A stretch of DNA of 64,000 bases from Dehalococcoidia bacterium. GTDB lineage: Bacteria; Chloroflexota; Dehalococcoidia; GIF9; AB-539-J10. The first letter of the stretch is position 1, and the number at the start of each line of letters is the position of its first letter. The position numbers and the translations under genes are program-made. The notes under the pieces are model-generated. The model did not search any database, was not told the DNA's origin, and worked only from the letters and a program-made list of their open reading frames with translations. Of the stretch, positions 1-9,803 are shown piece by piece. Where the stretch lies: assembly GCA_030612025.1 (NCBI GenBank), contig JAUWOR010000007.1, positions 15,104-79,103 of the forward strand, written 5' to 3'.

Positions 1-12
1 TAATTGCAAATC

Positions 13-1182
13 TTACTTAATTGTCAGAGGGAATCTCCAGTTTGTTTTCCCCTTGCCCACATCCATAGCGTATAGACAGTTATCCTGGGCACGGATATAG
101 ACTATGCCTTCCTGGATGCAAAGAGACCCCTGAATGGGAGCATCGATGGATACTTCATTAATCAGCTTACCATTAAATATATCAAGCGCATACACCTCGC
201 CTGAGTCACAAGCTACCACCAGCAAATCATCTGCTAAGGCTGGTGAAGAAACAATGGGACTTCCAGCATCAAATTCCCACAAATCGTTACCCGTCTTCGA
301 GTCAATAGCATAAACTTTGCCATCGAGGCAGCCAGCATAAACAACACCATTGGCTACCACGGGAGCAGCCCAAAACCAATTATCTCCAGGGAATTTCCAC
401 AATGGCTCATTATCGCCTACCCTTACAGCATATAGGTTACGGTCAAATGAACCAGCAAATATAGTGTTTTCATAAAGCACTGGAGAAGAGACAAATCCCG
501 CTTCCGCTTCGAAAGCCCAAGGCAATAGGCTACCATCCTTAGCTGATAAAGCATAAATATGCCCGTCAAAGGTACTCACATACACAGTTTCCTCTTTTAG
601 CACTGGTGTTATCCATAACTTGTCACCTAATGGGTCAGATTTCCACTTTTCATCACCATAGGTCATATCCAAAGCATAGACCCTGCCATCTGAACTGCAC
701 ACATAGACAGTATCATCGGCTGCCACAGGGCTACCTACAATAGGCTCGATTACATCCTCGGTCCTAGGGTAAGCCCACTCACCACTTCTTGTCTGAGGAA
801 AAGGCAAATTCTGGCTCCTGGCTGAAGGGCTCATCATCAAGACTTTACCATTATAGGTGCCAATACAAACCGATTCACCAACTACAACAGGTGTGCCATA
901 TATATTGACTGGCACAGATGAGGGGCCACATGATATGCCTTTAGAGGGCATAGTAATAGCAAAAGACCACTCCCCATCGGAAGAGGGAAACGACATTTCC
1001 TGATTTCGAGCCGAGGGGTTTACTGCCACTATTTTGCCATCTGTGGAACCTAAATAGAGAATTCCATCATAAGAAATAACTCCAGAGAATCCTAGAGGCT
1101 TTTGTTGTCCTCCTATACAACCACCAGCGCTTAAGGCAAGGAAACAAAAAATGCCAAGGAAAATTAATATTTTAATCCTCAT
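13..1182 (-). CDS. PQQ-like beta-propeller repeat lipoprotein (BamB/YVTN-like)
   Basis: The N-terminus has a signal/lipobox-like segment (LALSAGGC). The body shows recurring beta-propeller repeat motifs (GxVYAxD/GxxYAxD, e.g. GKVYAIDSKTG, GEVYALDIFNG). A minus-strand ORF fills the interval. Confidence 0.7.
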   Translation of the reverse strand: MRIKILIFLGIFCFLALSAGGCIGGQQKPLGFSGVISYDGILYLGSTDGKIVAVNPSARNQEMSFPSSDGEWSFAITMPSKGISCGPSSVPVNIYGTPVVVGESVCIGTYNGKVLMMSPSARSQNLPFPQTRSGEWAYPRTEDVIEPIVGSPVAADDTVYVCSSDGRVYALDMTYGDEKWKSDPLGDKLWITPVLKEETVYVSTFDGHIYALSAKDGSLLPWAFEAEAGFVSSPVLYENTIFAGSFDRNLYAVRVGDNEPLWKFPGDNWFWAAPVVANGVVYAGCLDGKVYAIDSKTGNDLWEFDAGSPIVSSPALADDLLVVACDSGEVYALDIFNGKLINEVSIDAPIQGSLCIQEGIVYIRAQDNCLYAMDVGKGKTNWRFPLTIK

Positions 1183-1204
1183 TGCAATACATTAGAGCCC
1201 ATAA

Positions 1205-1417
1205 CTAAGGCATAGGGTCATAACCACCTTTAGAGAAAGGATTGCATCGAGCTAACCTCTTAGCTACTAGCCAGCTACCTTTGATAAATCCATACCTCTT
1301 AATCGCCTCGCAGGCGTAGTGCGAGCATGTTGGCTGGAAGCGGCAAGAATGAGGGGTAACCTCTGATATCGTCGCCTGATATAATTTAATTAACTTTAGC
1401 GCTAGCTGTTTCATCAC
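1205..1417 (-). CDS. yidD: membrane protein insertion efficiency factor YidD
   Basis: The 70-aa product carries the conserved Cys-rich core (SCRFxPTCSxYAxEAI) and lies immediately downstream of rnpA, which is the classic rpmH-rnpA-yidD arrangement. Confidence 0.85.
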   Translation of the reverse strand: MMKQLALKLIKLYQATISEVTPHSCRFQPTCSHYACEAIKRYGFIKGSWLVAKRLARCNPFSKGGYDPMP

Positions 1418-1748
1418 CCTCTGTAATTAGCCCTGCTTGGGTTAGCAACTTAATTACTGCCTTTTCCAGTTGATGGTAATCAGCAGTAACTGCCTCTCGA
1501 CGAACGACAAAGACGATGTCCCATCCCGGCTTTACCAATTGCAAATGTATTACTTCTTTAAGCAACCTCTTCAAACGATTGCGCTGTACCGCCTTACCCA
1601 CTTTCTTAGTTACAGAAAAGCCATATCTACTCAAGTTCAATCCGTTAGGCAGCGCTTTCATCACAATTAAACTATCTATATATGTGCTCCCTTGCTGGTA
1701 AACTAGAGCATACTGTGCTCGCTTAGTTAAAGCCCAAGGCCCCCTCAT
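1386..1748 (-). CDS. rnpA: ribonuclease P protein component
   Basis: The 120-aa basic protein contains an RNase P protein RNR-like region (VQRNRLKRLLKE) and sits between rpmH and yidD. Confidence 0.85.
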   Translation of the reverse strand: MRGPWALTKRAQYALVYQQGSTYIDSLIVMKALPNGLNLSRYGFSVTKKVGKAVQRNRLKRLLKEVIHLQLVKPGWDIVFVVRREAVTADYHQLEKAVIKLLTQAGLITEGDETASAKVN

Positions 1749-1757
1749 GAAATGTAA

Positions 1758-1898
1758 CTAAGCTGGAGTCAACCTCCATCGCCCCTTAAGACGTCTCGCC
1801 TTAAGCACCTTCCGCCCATCACGAGAAGCCATTCGGGCGCGGAAGCCCAATTTACGTCTGCGGGAAATTTTCTTTGGCTGGTAAGTACGTTTTGGCAT
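1758..1898 (-). CDS. rpmH: 50S ribosomal protein L34
   Basis: This small ORF falls below the ORF-track length cutoff and was translated by hand. It gives [46 protein letters not shown], a canonical L34. Confidence 0.85.
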   Translation of the reverse strand: MPKRTYQPKKISRRRKLGFRARMASRDGRKVLKARRLKGRWRLTPA

Positions 1899-1919
1899 GC
1901 AGTTCCTTCAAGAGACTTA

Positions 1920-2198
1920 TTAACGTAGACCTACACCCCCCGTCTTCCAAATATGGCTTGGGGCATAAGGTAATAGAGCTAAAAATCGAGCCCTCTTTAT
2001 AGCATGTGCCAAACGCCGCTGGTGCTTAGCACAAGCCCTAGTTCTCCGCCGCGATTCAATCTTGCCACGACCGGAAATATATTGAGACAACATAGAAACA
2101 TTCTTGTAATCTATATTTATTTTTTCAGTACAAAAGGGGCAAATTGCTGGCCTGGGAATATAATTTCTCGGTTTTCTCGCTCTCCTACGATTAATCAA
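1920..2198 (-). CDS. rpsR: 30S ribosomal protein S18
   Basis: The product has the CPFC motif and a basic C-terminal region ([13 protein letters not shown]) typical of S18. It is adjacent to ssb and rpsF. Confidence 0.85.
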   Translation of the reverse strand: MINRRRARKPRNYIPRPAICPFCTEKINIDYKNVSMLSQYISGRGKIESRRRTRACAKHQRRLAHAIKRARFLALLPYAPSHIWKTGGVGLR

Positions 2199-2614
2199 CT
2201 TCCAATTCCTTCACTCTGCTCAAAAGGTATGTCCTCAGGTTCAAGCTCGCCCTCTTCTGGAAGAGGAGCCAAAGCTCGCTGACCAAGAAAAAGCACCCGA
2301 TTTGCAGTTACCTCAAGGCTAGTGCGCATCTGCCCATCTTGGCCTTGCCAGTTGCGCGCGTGCAATCTTCCTTCGACATAAACCTGCCTTCCTTTGGTTA
2401 CGAACTGATTACAACTCTCCGCTTGCTTGCCAAAAACAGTAATTCTAAACCAATCGGTTTCCTCCCTGCTCTCCCCTGCAGAAGTAGTGTAACGATAATT
2501 AGTAGCTAGGCGAAAAGAGGTAACCGCTTTGCCATTAGGTGTAAACCTCATCTCAGGATCACTACCTAAATTGCCAATGAGTATTACTTTGCTTAAGCTT
2601 GCCATATCAATCAC
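2195..2614 (-). CDS. ssb: single-stranded DNA-binding protein
   Basis: An N-terminal OB fold ([22 protein letters not shown]) is followed by an acidic C-terminal tail ending DIPF. Confidence 0.85.
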   Translation of the reverse strand: MIDMASLSKVILIGNLGSDPEMRFTPNGKAVTSFRLATNYRYTTSAGESREETDWFRITVFGKQAESCNQFVTKGRQVYVEGRLHARNWQGQDGQMRTSLEVTANRVLFLGQRALAPLPEEGELEPEDIPFEQSEGIGS

Positions 2615-2906
2615 CCACTTTCACTATAAGCTGCCGTAGAATTTCTTCGGAAGCCACAAGATCTGCTTCGAGTGCCTTAACCAATTTCGGCTCTAACTTG
2701 AAGCGAGTCAAAATGTAATCACCTTCCATAAATTTCTTTATAGGATAAGCTAACTTCCTTCTCCCCCGCTGCTCTGTCTCCTCCACAATCCCATTTCTGT
2801 CGCTAATAAACCGATTCACTTTTTCCACCACCTTGGGCAACTCTTCTCCGTCAACCTCAGGGCTAATTACAATCACTAATTCGTAATTACGCATTGTTAG
2901 ATTCAC
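2607..2906 (-). CDS. rpsF: 30S ribosomal protein S6
   Basis: The product opens MRNYELVIVISPEV, a typical S6 N-terminus, and heads the rpsF-ssb-rpsR cluster. Confidence 0.85.
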   Translation of the reverse strand: MNLTMRNYELVIVISPEVDGEELPKVVEKVNRFISDRNGIVEETEQRGRRKLAYPIKKFMEGDYILTRFKLEPKLVKALEADLVASEEILRQLIVKVGD

Positions 2907-2920
2907 CCCATTATAGCATG

Positions 2921-3655
2921 CTAATAACCATAATTTAAGCGAAGAACCAGTGGTAAAGGCAATTTGTGCTCCATCATTTTCTTTTGGGTAACAGTTATAT
3001 CATAATTAACACGACAATGATACATGATTTGAGCTTCATTGTCATAGAGAGCATAACTCGCTCTGGGGTCGCCATCGCGAGGCTGTCCCACACCGCCAGG
3101 ATTAATAATTAAGCGACGGTTTTTAGATCCCAATCTTAGTGCACTAGGAGTTTTTGCCGCAAAACATTTGCCATCTTTATTTTGCCCAAAAATTAGTGGC
3201 ACGTGAGAGTGCGCCACGAGGCAGAAATTGGTATCAAAATAGCCAAAATTATCACGAGCGGCATTCACCGATAGCAGATATTCCCAGATGGGCTGACGGG
3301 GACTCCCGTGAACCAGAGTAAAGTCGTCTCGCCTTAATTTAATAGCGAGGCCCTGTAAGTAATTTACATCCTCTGCAGTTAGCTGCTGTGCTGTCCACTG
3401 GCAAGCTTGGGCAGCGTCCAGGTTAAAATCTGAGGTATCAATCTTGCCAATAGCAGCCCAATCGTGATTGCCAGCAACAGAGATATGTTTGTACCGCCGC
3501 AAAAGCTCAATGCAAGCATGAGGTTCAGGACCATATCCCACTATGTCTCCTAGACACCATATTTCATCAAATCCCCCTTTAGCTTCAATGTCCTCAAACA
3601 CAGCTTCGAAAGCAGCTAAATTAGCATGAATATCACCAAGAATGGCATACTTCAT
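2921..3655 (-). CDS. metallophosphoesterase (calcineurin-like phosphoesterase family)
   Basis: Metallophosphoesterase motifs are present: GDIHAN, GDIVGYG, GNHD and a downstream histidine-containing motif. Confidence 0.7.
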   Translation of the reverse strand: MKYAILGDIHANLAAFEAVFEDIEAKGGFDEIWCLGDIVGYGPEPHACIELLRRYKHISVAGNHDWAAIGKIDTSDFNLDAAQACQWTAQQLTAEDVNYLQGLAIKLRRDDFTLVHGSPRQPIWEYLLSVNAARDNFGYFDTNFCLVAHSHVPLIFGQNKDGKCFAAKTPSALRLGSKNRRLIINPGGVGQPRDGDPRASYALYDNEAQIMYHCRVNYDITVTQKKMMEHKLPLPLVLRLNYGY

Positions 3656-3731
3656 GGGAGCAAACTATAGCATTTACCAGCCAAATTGTTAAAGTTGAGG
3701 TCACGATAAAGCCAATGCTATAATTTCAAGG

Positions 3732-4760
3732 ATGAAGCTATTGGAGTTAGGGGAATTTGGTTTAATCAACCTCATACGTAACATCACTGACAAATTCAAG
3801 AATCCTCAACAAGCTTCCTGGCAGCAACTCTTGGTTGGCATTGGTGATGATGCGGCAGCGTGGCAAAGTGATAACCGCATCCAGTTGGCTACCACAGATA
3901 GTTTAGTCCAAGGTATACACTTCGACCTAAACACCGTTACATGGGAGGAATTAGGTTGGAAGGCGCTGGCGGTAAATTTAAGCGATATAGCCGCTATGGG
4001 TGGCATTCCCAAATATGCCTTAGTCTCTTTAGCAGCACCTGGTGAACTTGAAGTAGAAAATATTACCAAATTTTGCCATAGCATGGCATGCCTAGCCACA
4101 GAATTTGGGGTAGCTATAGTCGGTGGCAACCTTGCTGCCGCCCCTAATATAGTTATCACTATCGCTATCCTAGGCCACTCAAAAGGCAAATCGATACTTA
4201 AGAGGTCAACAGCAACACCCGGTGAGCAAATAGCTGTCACAGGATGGCTAGGATTATCAGCAGCTGGCCTGGAAATGTTTAAGGGGAAAATGAGCTTTGA
4301 CCCTGAAACAACCAGTATCTTGAGACGTGGTCATCTTCAGCCTACGCCTAGAGTAAAAGAGGGACAGATCTTAGTCGAGCAGAGAGTCAAGACTACCATA
4401 GATATAAGCGACGGATTGATTGCTGACCTTGACCACATTTGCCAAGCTAGCAAGGTCAGTGCCAAAATAAGAATGGAGCAAGTGCCCACACATCCACTAG
4501 TCAAGGTTAATTTCCCAAACTATCGTGAGTTAGCTCTATATGGGGGAGAGGACTATGAACTGCTTTTTACCGCTAACAAGACTATTATGGACAAAGTCAG
4601 ACAGGCTCTAAATTGTCCCGTGACTGTAATCGGTGACATAGTAGAAGAAACGTTGCCAAATCGAGTGACGTTGCTAAATAGCAAAGGAAATGTTATCCCC
4701 CTTAAAAAGGGGGGCTGGGAGCACTTCCGGGATGAATCTCCTAAAGGTGAAATCGCATAG
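3732..4760 (+). CDS. thiL: thiamine-monophosphate kinase
   Basis: The product shows the AIR-synthase-related fold with a GDDAA motif and ThiL-like N-terminal and C-terminal domains. Confidence 0.8.
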   Translation: MKLLELGEFGLINLIRNITDKFKNPQQASWQQLLVGIGDDAAAWQSDNRIQLATTDSLVQGIHFDLNTVTWEELGWKALAVNLSDIAAMGGIPKYALVSLAAPGELEVENITKFCHSMACLATEFGVAIVGGNLAAAPNIVITIAILGHSKGKSILKRSTATPGEQIAVTGWLGLSAAGLEMFKGKMSFDPETTSILRRGHLQPTPRVKEGQILVEQRVKTTIDISDGLIADLDHICQASKVSAKIRMEQVPTHPLVKVNFPNYRELALYGGEDYELLFTANKTIMDKVRQALNCPVTVIGDIVEETLPNRVTLLNSKGNVIPLKKGGWEHFRDESPKGEIA

Positions 4761-5271
4761 CCCAGAGCAAACTCAGCTTCTAGGAAACTACCTAGGCAAG
4801 CTAGCTCAAAGAGGCGATATTTTTCTTCTTGTGGGTGATTTAGGAACAGGCAAAACTTGCCTTGTCCAGGGCATGGCATATGGATTAGGCACAAAGGAGT
4901 ACGCTTTCAGTCCATCTTTTGTCATAGTCAGGGAGTACCATGGTAGGCTTCCCCTGTACCATGTTGATTTCTATCGCCTCGACCATATTGGCGAAATTGC
5001 TGACTTGGGGCTAGAGGAATACTTCTATGGCGATGGAGTCTCCGTAGTTGAATGGGCAGAAAAGGGGCTACAAGTACTACCCCAGAACAATTTGCTTATA
5101 GAATTAAACTACGTCTCCAATTGTGAAACACAACGCGCTATTAGTCTTAAACCTAGGGGTGAGCACTACTTAGAATTAATAAAACAGCTTAAATCGACTT
5201 TAAGCAGGGTGTTTAACTGTCACCCGGAACAAAGTGAAGGGTCTCTAGATTCTTCGCGGAGCCTGTCCTGA
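4732..5271 (+). CDS. tsaE: tRNA threonylcarbamoyladenosine biosynthesis ATPase TsaE (YjeE)
   Basis: A P-loop (GDLGTGKT) sits in YjeE-like context. The start was chosen at the internal Met (MNLLKV), which overlaps the thiL 3' end. The C-terminal 20 aa run into a REP-like repeat. Confidence 0.7.
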   Translation: MNLLKVKSHSPEQTQLLGNYLGKLAQRGDIFLLVGDLGTGKTCLVQGMAYGLGTKEYAFSPSFVIVREYHGRLPLYHVDFYRLDHIGEIADLGLEEYFYGDGVSVVEWAEKGLQVLPQNNLLIELNYVSNCETQRAISLKPRGEHYLELIKQLKSTLSRVFNCHPEQSEGSLDSSRSLS

Positions 5272-5400
5272 GTGGTGTGAGATTCTTCGTGGAGTTTATC
5301 CTGGTGAGCCGAAGCTCTGAACGAAGTGAAGAGGAGATTCTTGGGTCGCTTCGCTCCCTTAGAACGACAAGGAGCGAAGGGCTCAGAATGACAAAAGGGA
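5225..5400. repeat. REP-like palindromic repeat cluster (GTCATTCTGAG / CTCAGAATGAC family)
   Basis: Three tandem degenerate units each contain GAAGCGAAG and AGAATCTC cores and end with CGAAGGGCTCAGAATGACA. Related copies lie at 6112-6150, 57935-58050, 59145-59182, 63320-63480, and a divergent one at 15883-15920. Confidence 0.65.
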
Positions 5401-5433
5401 GTGTTAAATAATTGCTCTAAATAAGGAAAAGGT

Positions 5434-6150
5434 ATGGAGTTAGCTATAGATACTTCTTCTAATACCGCTAGCATTGCTTTATCGCATAAGGGTGAAATTC
5501 TAACCGAGCTAGCTTGGGAATCAGCCCAAAACCACACTGTAGAATTGATGCCCAATTTGGTTCATCTGCTAAAACAAGTTAAGGCAAAGCCGAACTCTAT
5601 AGAAGCCATCATCGTAGCTAAAGGTCCGGGGAGTTTCAACGGGCTACGGGTGGGGATAGGCACAGCCAAGGGACTAGCCTTCTCCTTAGCCATTCCTTTG
5701 CTTGGTATAAGTACCTTGGAAGCCGAAGCTTATCCTTTTGCTTATACTGGCTTGCCATTGTCTCCCATCCACAAGGCTGGTCGTGAGGAAATAGCTACTG
5801 CCTTTTATCAACAAAAGAATAACGAATGGCGATGTTTAGAAGAGGAACATTTAACTACGCTCGATGCTTTATGCCAACGAATACGCCAAAAGACGCTTTT
5901 TTGTGGTGAAATCCCGCCTGATATGGTAAATGAAATACAACAGAAGTTGGGCCAGCGAGCTATAATACCGCAAACTTCTACATTGTCTCGAGCTGGCTCT
6001 TTAGCTATATTAGGTTGGCAAAGATTGAGCAAAGGAGAGCAAGATGACCCGGCTACCTTGCAACCTTTATATCTTCGCCCTCCCCATATAACGAAACCCA
6101 AAAAAAGGTATCCCTCTGTCACCCTGAGTGAAGCGAAGGGCTCAGAATGA
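5434..6150 (+). CDS. tsaB: tRNA threonylcarbamoyladenosine biosynthesis protein TsaB (YeaZ)
   Basis: The N-terminus (MELAIDTSSNTASIAL) is the characteristic inactive Kae1/YgjD-like fold. It is adjacent to tsaE. The 3' end overlaps a REP-like repeat. Confidence 0.75.
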   Translation: MELAIDTSSNTASIALSHKGEILTELAWESAQNHTVELMPNLVHLLKQVKAKPNSIEAIIVAKGPGSFNGLRVGIGTAKGLAFSLAIPLLGISTLEAEAYPFAYTGLPLSPIHKAGREEIATAFYQQKNNEWRCLEEEHLTTLDALCQRIRQKTLFCGEIPPDMVNEIQQKLGQRAIIPQTSTLSRAGSLAILGWQRLSKGEQDDPATLQPLYLRPPHITKPKKRYPSVTLSEAKGSE

Positions 6151-6176
6151 CAGTGGGCTTTAGCTAACGAAACCAA

Positions 6177-7256
6177 ATGAAAGGAGAAAGGGAAATGCAA
6201 ATTCCAAAATTAGACCTTGAGTATTCAACCAGGCTTTGCTTTGGCTGTGGCGAAGATAATCCCATAGGGTTAAAGCTGAAACCTGTTTACGATGGAGAAA
6301 AGGTCAGGGCAGAGTTCACCCCAGGAGAATACCACCAAGGCTGGGATAATGTAACTCATGCGGGTATTCTCTATACCCTCCTTGATGAAGTAACTGCTTA
6401 CGTCATCCTCTGCTGCGGCATCGATTTCGGCGTTACTGCTAAAAGCGAGGTGAGATTCAAACAAGTAGCCCCCATCAATGAGCCAATCCAAATCTCCGCC
6501 TGGGTCACCAAATTGACAAGAAGACTAGTGGAAACCAAGGGAGTGCTTGCCCTTAAAGATAACACAGTTATAGCTGAAGGCAGCTCTTTGTTCTACGTAT
6601 GGAGGCGATCAAAAAAGACAATCCTCTGGGATATGGATGGGGTTATTGCTAATTCTGGTTCATTTCACTTTGCTGCCTGGCAGGAAACCTTCGCCAAGAG
6701 GGGAATAAACTTTACTAAAAAAGATTTTACCAAGTTTTTTGGCACTAGAAATGACTTCATAATTCGTAACGTTCTCGGAGAAGAATTGTCAGAAGAGAAT
6801 GTTAAAAGCATAGTACAGGAAAAGGAGGCAAGTTTTCGAGAGAAGGCAAAGGGGAATATCAAGCCATTTCCCGGGGTGGTTAAGCTACTAAACACGATTA
6901 AGAGGGGAAACTTCAAGCAAGCCCTGGTTTCCTCAGCACCAAAGGAAAACATAGATTTGCTCAGTAGCGAACTTAACCTCGAGGGAATTTTCGATTGTAT
7001 TGTTTCTGGTAGGGAAGTAGCGGAAAGTAAGCCCAGTCCCCAGATATCTCTTTTAGCTGCGGAGAAGTTGGGGGCGGAGCCCAAGGATTGCATTGTAATT
7101 GAAGACTCCCCCTTCGGCGTTAAAGCAGCTAAAGCTGCTGGAATGAGATGTCTAGCGGTAACCAACACCCATCCCAAACAAGACCTTGAAGACGCTGACA
7201 GAGTAGTTGATTCTTTAGAAAAAGTAGATTTAATCACCCTGATACAAAGGGTGTAA
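6177..7256 (+). CDS. fusion protein: PaaI/4HBT hotdog thioesterase (N) + HAD-IA hydrolase, beta-phosphoglucomutase-like (C)
   Basis: The N-terminal half has the CFGCGxDNPxGLxL hotdog thioesterase signature. The C-terminal half has HAD motif I (WDMDGVIANS) and later motifs. The frame is continuous with no internal stop. Confidence 0.6.
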   Translation: MKGEREMQIPKLDLEYSTRLCFGCGEDNPIGLKLKPVYDGEKVRAEFTPGEYHQGWDNVTHAGILYTLLDEVTAYVILCCGIDFGVTAKSEVRFKQVAPINEPIQISAWVTKLTRRLVETKGVLALKDNTVIAEGSSLFYVWRRSKKTILWDMDGVIANSGSFHFAAWQETFAKRGINFTKKDFTKFFGTRNDFIIRNVLGEELSEENVKSIVQEKEASFREKAKGNIKPFPGVVKLLNTIKRGNFKQALVSSAPKENIDLLSSELNLEGIFDCIVSGREVAESKPSPQISLLAAEKLGAEPKDCIVIEDSPFGVKAAKAAGMRCLAVTNTHPKQDLEDADRVVDSLEKVDLITLIQRV

Positions 7257-7269
7257 AGAGGAACTGACA

Positions 7270-7743
7270 TTGCAAGCGAAGCAAAGCAATCCCAACGAGC
7301 AGAGAAGCTTAGTGCTTATTAAACCCGATGCCATACAAAGAGGATTAGCCGGGGAAATAATTTCCCGCCTTGAGAGAAGAGGGCTCAAAATTGTAGCTAT
7401 GAAAATGTTACAAATGGATAAAACCTTGGCTCAACGTCACTACGCCATTCATAAAGACAAAGCCTTCTTTAATGAATTGGTTAATTTCATTACCTCTAGC
7501 CCTATCATCGCCCTTGTTTTTCAGGGAAAAGATGCTGTGGAGATAATAAGGCAAACAATGGGCGAAACTGACCCGGCTAAAGCTCCCCCTGGCACCATCA
7601 GGGGTGACTTTGGCCTCGATATTGAGCATAACCTAATCCATGGCTCCGACTCAGCCGAGAATGCCTCTAAGGAAATAAATCTCTTCTTCTCACCAGAAGA
7701 AATTTTTGACTATCATAAAGATATTGATAGATGGGTTAGCTAA
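7270..7743 (+). CDS. ndk: nucleoside-diphosphate kinase
   Basis: The product contains RSLVLIKPDAIQRGL, NLIHGSDS and the histidine region typical of Ndk. The start codon is probably TTG. Confidence 0.85.
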   Translation: MQAKQSNPNEQRSLVLIKPDAIQRGLAGEIISRLERRGLKIVAMKMLQMDKTLAQRHYAIHKDKAFFNELVNFITSSPIIALVFQGKDAVEIIRQTMGETDPAKAPPGTIRGDFGLDIEHNLIHGSDSAENASKEINLFFSPEEIFDYHKDIDRWVS

Positions 7744-7753
7744 GAGTCACTAT

Positions 7754-8068
7754 CTATTGGATTCTAACCACAGGAATTGCCTTGTCCCACAGCTTATCTA
7801 GTTGATAATAATCCCGCTCAGCTGAGCCAAATATATGAACAATAACTGCCTCAAAATCACCAAGGAGCCAACCTGAATCAGGGGTGCCCTCTTTATGATG
7901 GGGCATAACGCCCTTGCTCCTCAGTACCTCATCAATGCCTCGCCAAATGGCCTCTATCTGACGGTCGCTTTCTCCACTACAAATAACGAAATAATCGGCA
8001 AAGGAGCATAACCCTCTTACGTCAAGCATCACAATATCATTTGCTTGCTTCTCAGAAGCAGCTTCCAC
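7754..8068 (-). CDS. rsfS: ribosome silencing factor RsfS (Iojap)
   Basis: Iojap/RsfS core motifs are present (DIVMLDVRGL...DYFVICSGESDRQ). The true start may lie about 30 nt upstream. Confidence 0.75.
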   Translation of the reverse strand: MEAASEKQANDIVMLDVRGLCSFADYFVICSGESDRQIEAIWRGIDEVLRSKGVMPHHKEGTPDSGWLLGDFEAVIVHIFGSAERDYYQLDKLWDKAIPVVRIQ

Positions 8069-8224
8069 AGCTAACTTCGCTAGCTCTTCAGCCTCCAGAA
8101 AGAATTAGCCTCCTTCATTTATATTATAACACTTTCATGTTTACAACTGCCCGATATAAACCCTTCCCTCACTTTAAGACAAGTTTCATCAGTAGGTAAG
8201 GCTTACCATGAGTAAACAGATAAC

Positions 8225-9115
8225 TCATATGGAATGGTTTGTACTTTTACATAATCTTACCTCATTATAAAAGTCAATAGCATTGAAGGAGCTACGCACC
8301 AGCGGCCCCGACGCCACGCCTAAGAACCCCATTTTCCTCGCGATAGCCTCATATTGGGCAAACTCATCAGGAGTAACATATCTTACCACCCCGTGATGCT
8401 TTAGAGAAGGCCTCAGGTACTGCCCCAAGGTAATAGAATCGCACCCAGCTTCCCTTAGATCCTCCATAACCCCCATCACCTCGTCCTCCCTTTCCCCCAA
8501 CCCTAACATGAGCCCGGATTTGGTCAAAAGCCCCCTATCCAAGGATTTCGCCCTCCTTAAAAGCTCCAAGGAACGGTGATATTTCGCCTGAGGTCGCACC
8601 TCTGAATAGAGCCGGGGGACTGTCTCTACATTATGATTCAAGACGGTGGGCTGGGCAGCAATCACTTCCTCCAGTGCCGATAGGGAACCTCGAAAATCGG
8701 GAATGAGCACCTCAACCCCTATACTTGAGTTATGGCGGTGCAGGGCTCTTATAGCCTGAGCAAACTGCACTGCACCTCCGTCAGGGAGGTCATCGCGGCA
8801 AACAGAAGTAATGACCACATAGCGTAGCCCCAATTTCTTGACTGCTGACACGATATGCTCTGGCTCTTCTGGGTCAAGAGCTTCAGGCTTTCCGTGCTTT
8901 ACGGCACAAAAGGTACAGTTGCGAGTACAAATATCCCCCAAGATCATAAATGTGGCTGTGCCTTGAGCAAAGCATTCTGTCCGGTTGGGGCAGCGAGCAC
9001 TTTCGCAGATGGTATGCAGCTTTAGCCCCCGGGTGAGCTTCCTCATTTTGCTCAGTGTGGTGGAATCCAGGGGTTTTAGCTTTAGCCACTCAGGGCGTCT
9101 AGCATAACTGGACAT
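8225..9115 (-). CDS. lipA: lipoyl synthase
   Basis: The radical-SAM CxxxCxxC (CTRNCTFC) is present together with an N-terminal Cys cluster (CPNRTECF) for the auxiliary Fe-S cluster. Confidence 0.9.
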   Translation of the reverse strand: MSSYARRPEWLKLKPLDSTTLSKMRKLTRGLKLHTICESARCPNRTECFAQGTATFMILGDICTRNCTFCAVKHGKPEALDPEEPEHIVSAVKKLGLRYVVITSVCRDDLPDGGAVQFAQAIRALHRHNSSIGVEVLIPDFRGSLSALEEVIAAQPTVLNHNVETVPRLYSEVRPQAKYHRSLELLRRAKSLDRGLLTKSGLMLGLGEREDEVMGVMEDLREAGCDSITLGQYLRPSLKHHGVVRYVTPDEFAQYEAIARKMGFLGVASGPLVRSSFNAIDFYNEVRLCKSTNHSI

Positions 9116-9783
9116 CTATCGACCTCCTGTTTGTATTCGAAACCAAATATATCTGAAAAGGAATGAAGCAACCCCCCTATGATGGATTCGACCTCTATAG
9201 GATACCCCAATATTTTTGAAATAGAGGTCATTATTCCCGCCTTTTTCATGCCGCAAGGGTTTATATATTCGAAATAGCGTAGGTCCGTATCTACATTAAG
9301 AGCAAAACCATGCATAGTAATACCATGGTTAACCTTCACCCCTATAGAACAAACTTTTTTCACATTCACCCAGACACCAGGATACTTGCTAATCCGATGA
9401 CCTCGGATACCAAGAGAATGCAGCAAGTTAATGATAACTGACTCTAGTTTCCAGACATATTGACGCACACCAAGCCCGTTTTCTTCAAGACTGAGAATAG
9501 GATAGCCTATAAGCTGTCCTGGGCCATGGTAGCTGATGCCTCCTCCCCTACCGATGTGAAAGACGTCTATCCCCTCTTGAGCCAGCCTCTCTGGGGGGAC
9601 AATTATGTCCTCTTCTCCTCTAAAGCGTCCTATGGTGAAAACTGGGGGGTGCTGGAGGAGCAGCAGCACATCAGGGTTAATTCCCTTAACTCTTGCCTCT
9701 ACCAATGATTGTTGCAAGTTTAAGGCAAGTTGGTATGGCACCACCCCCAAGTAATAAGCTTGGTAAGACTTCTTTGATTCCAA
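9082..9783 (-). CDS. lipB: lipoyl(octanoyl) transferase
   Basis: The LipB signature RGGGISYHGPGQLIGYPIL and a downstream conserved Lys region are present. The gene overlaps the lipA start. Confidence 0.7.
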   Translation of the reverse strand: MESKKSYQAYYLGVVPYQLALNLQQSLVEARVKGINPDVLLLLQHPPVFTIGRFRGEEDIIVPPERLAQEGIDVFHIGRGGGISYHGPGQLIGYPILSLEENGLGVRQYVWKLESVIINLLHSLGIRGHRISKYPGVWVNVKKVCSIGVKVNHGITMHGFALNVDTDLRYFEYINPCGMKKAGIMTSISKILGYPIEVESIIGGLLHSFSDIFGFEYKQEVDRCPVMLDALSG

Positions 9784-9803
9784 AATCCCCTACGAATTCG
9801 AGT

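Noticed and set aside
3806-4240. 144-aa minus ORF inside thiL, plus the many other antisense ORFs in the track (for example 9888-10265, 10414-10872, 16640-16828, 17039-17293, 25470-25853, 27002-27313, 30271-30537, 61484-61738)
   Set aside because: All are fully embedded antisense to well-supported conserved genes, with biased Ser/Pro/Arg composition. They are shadow ORFs.
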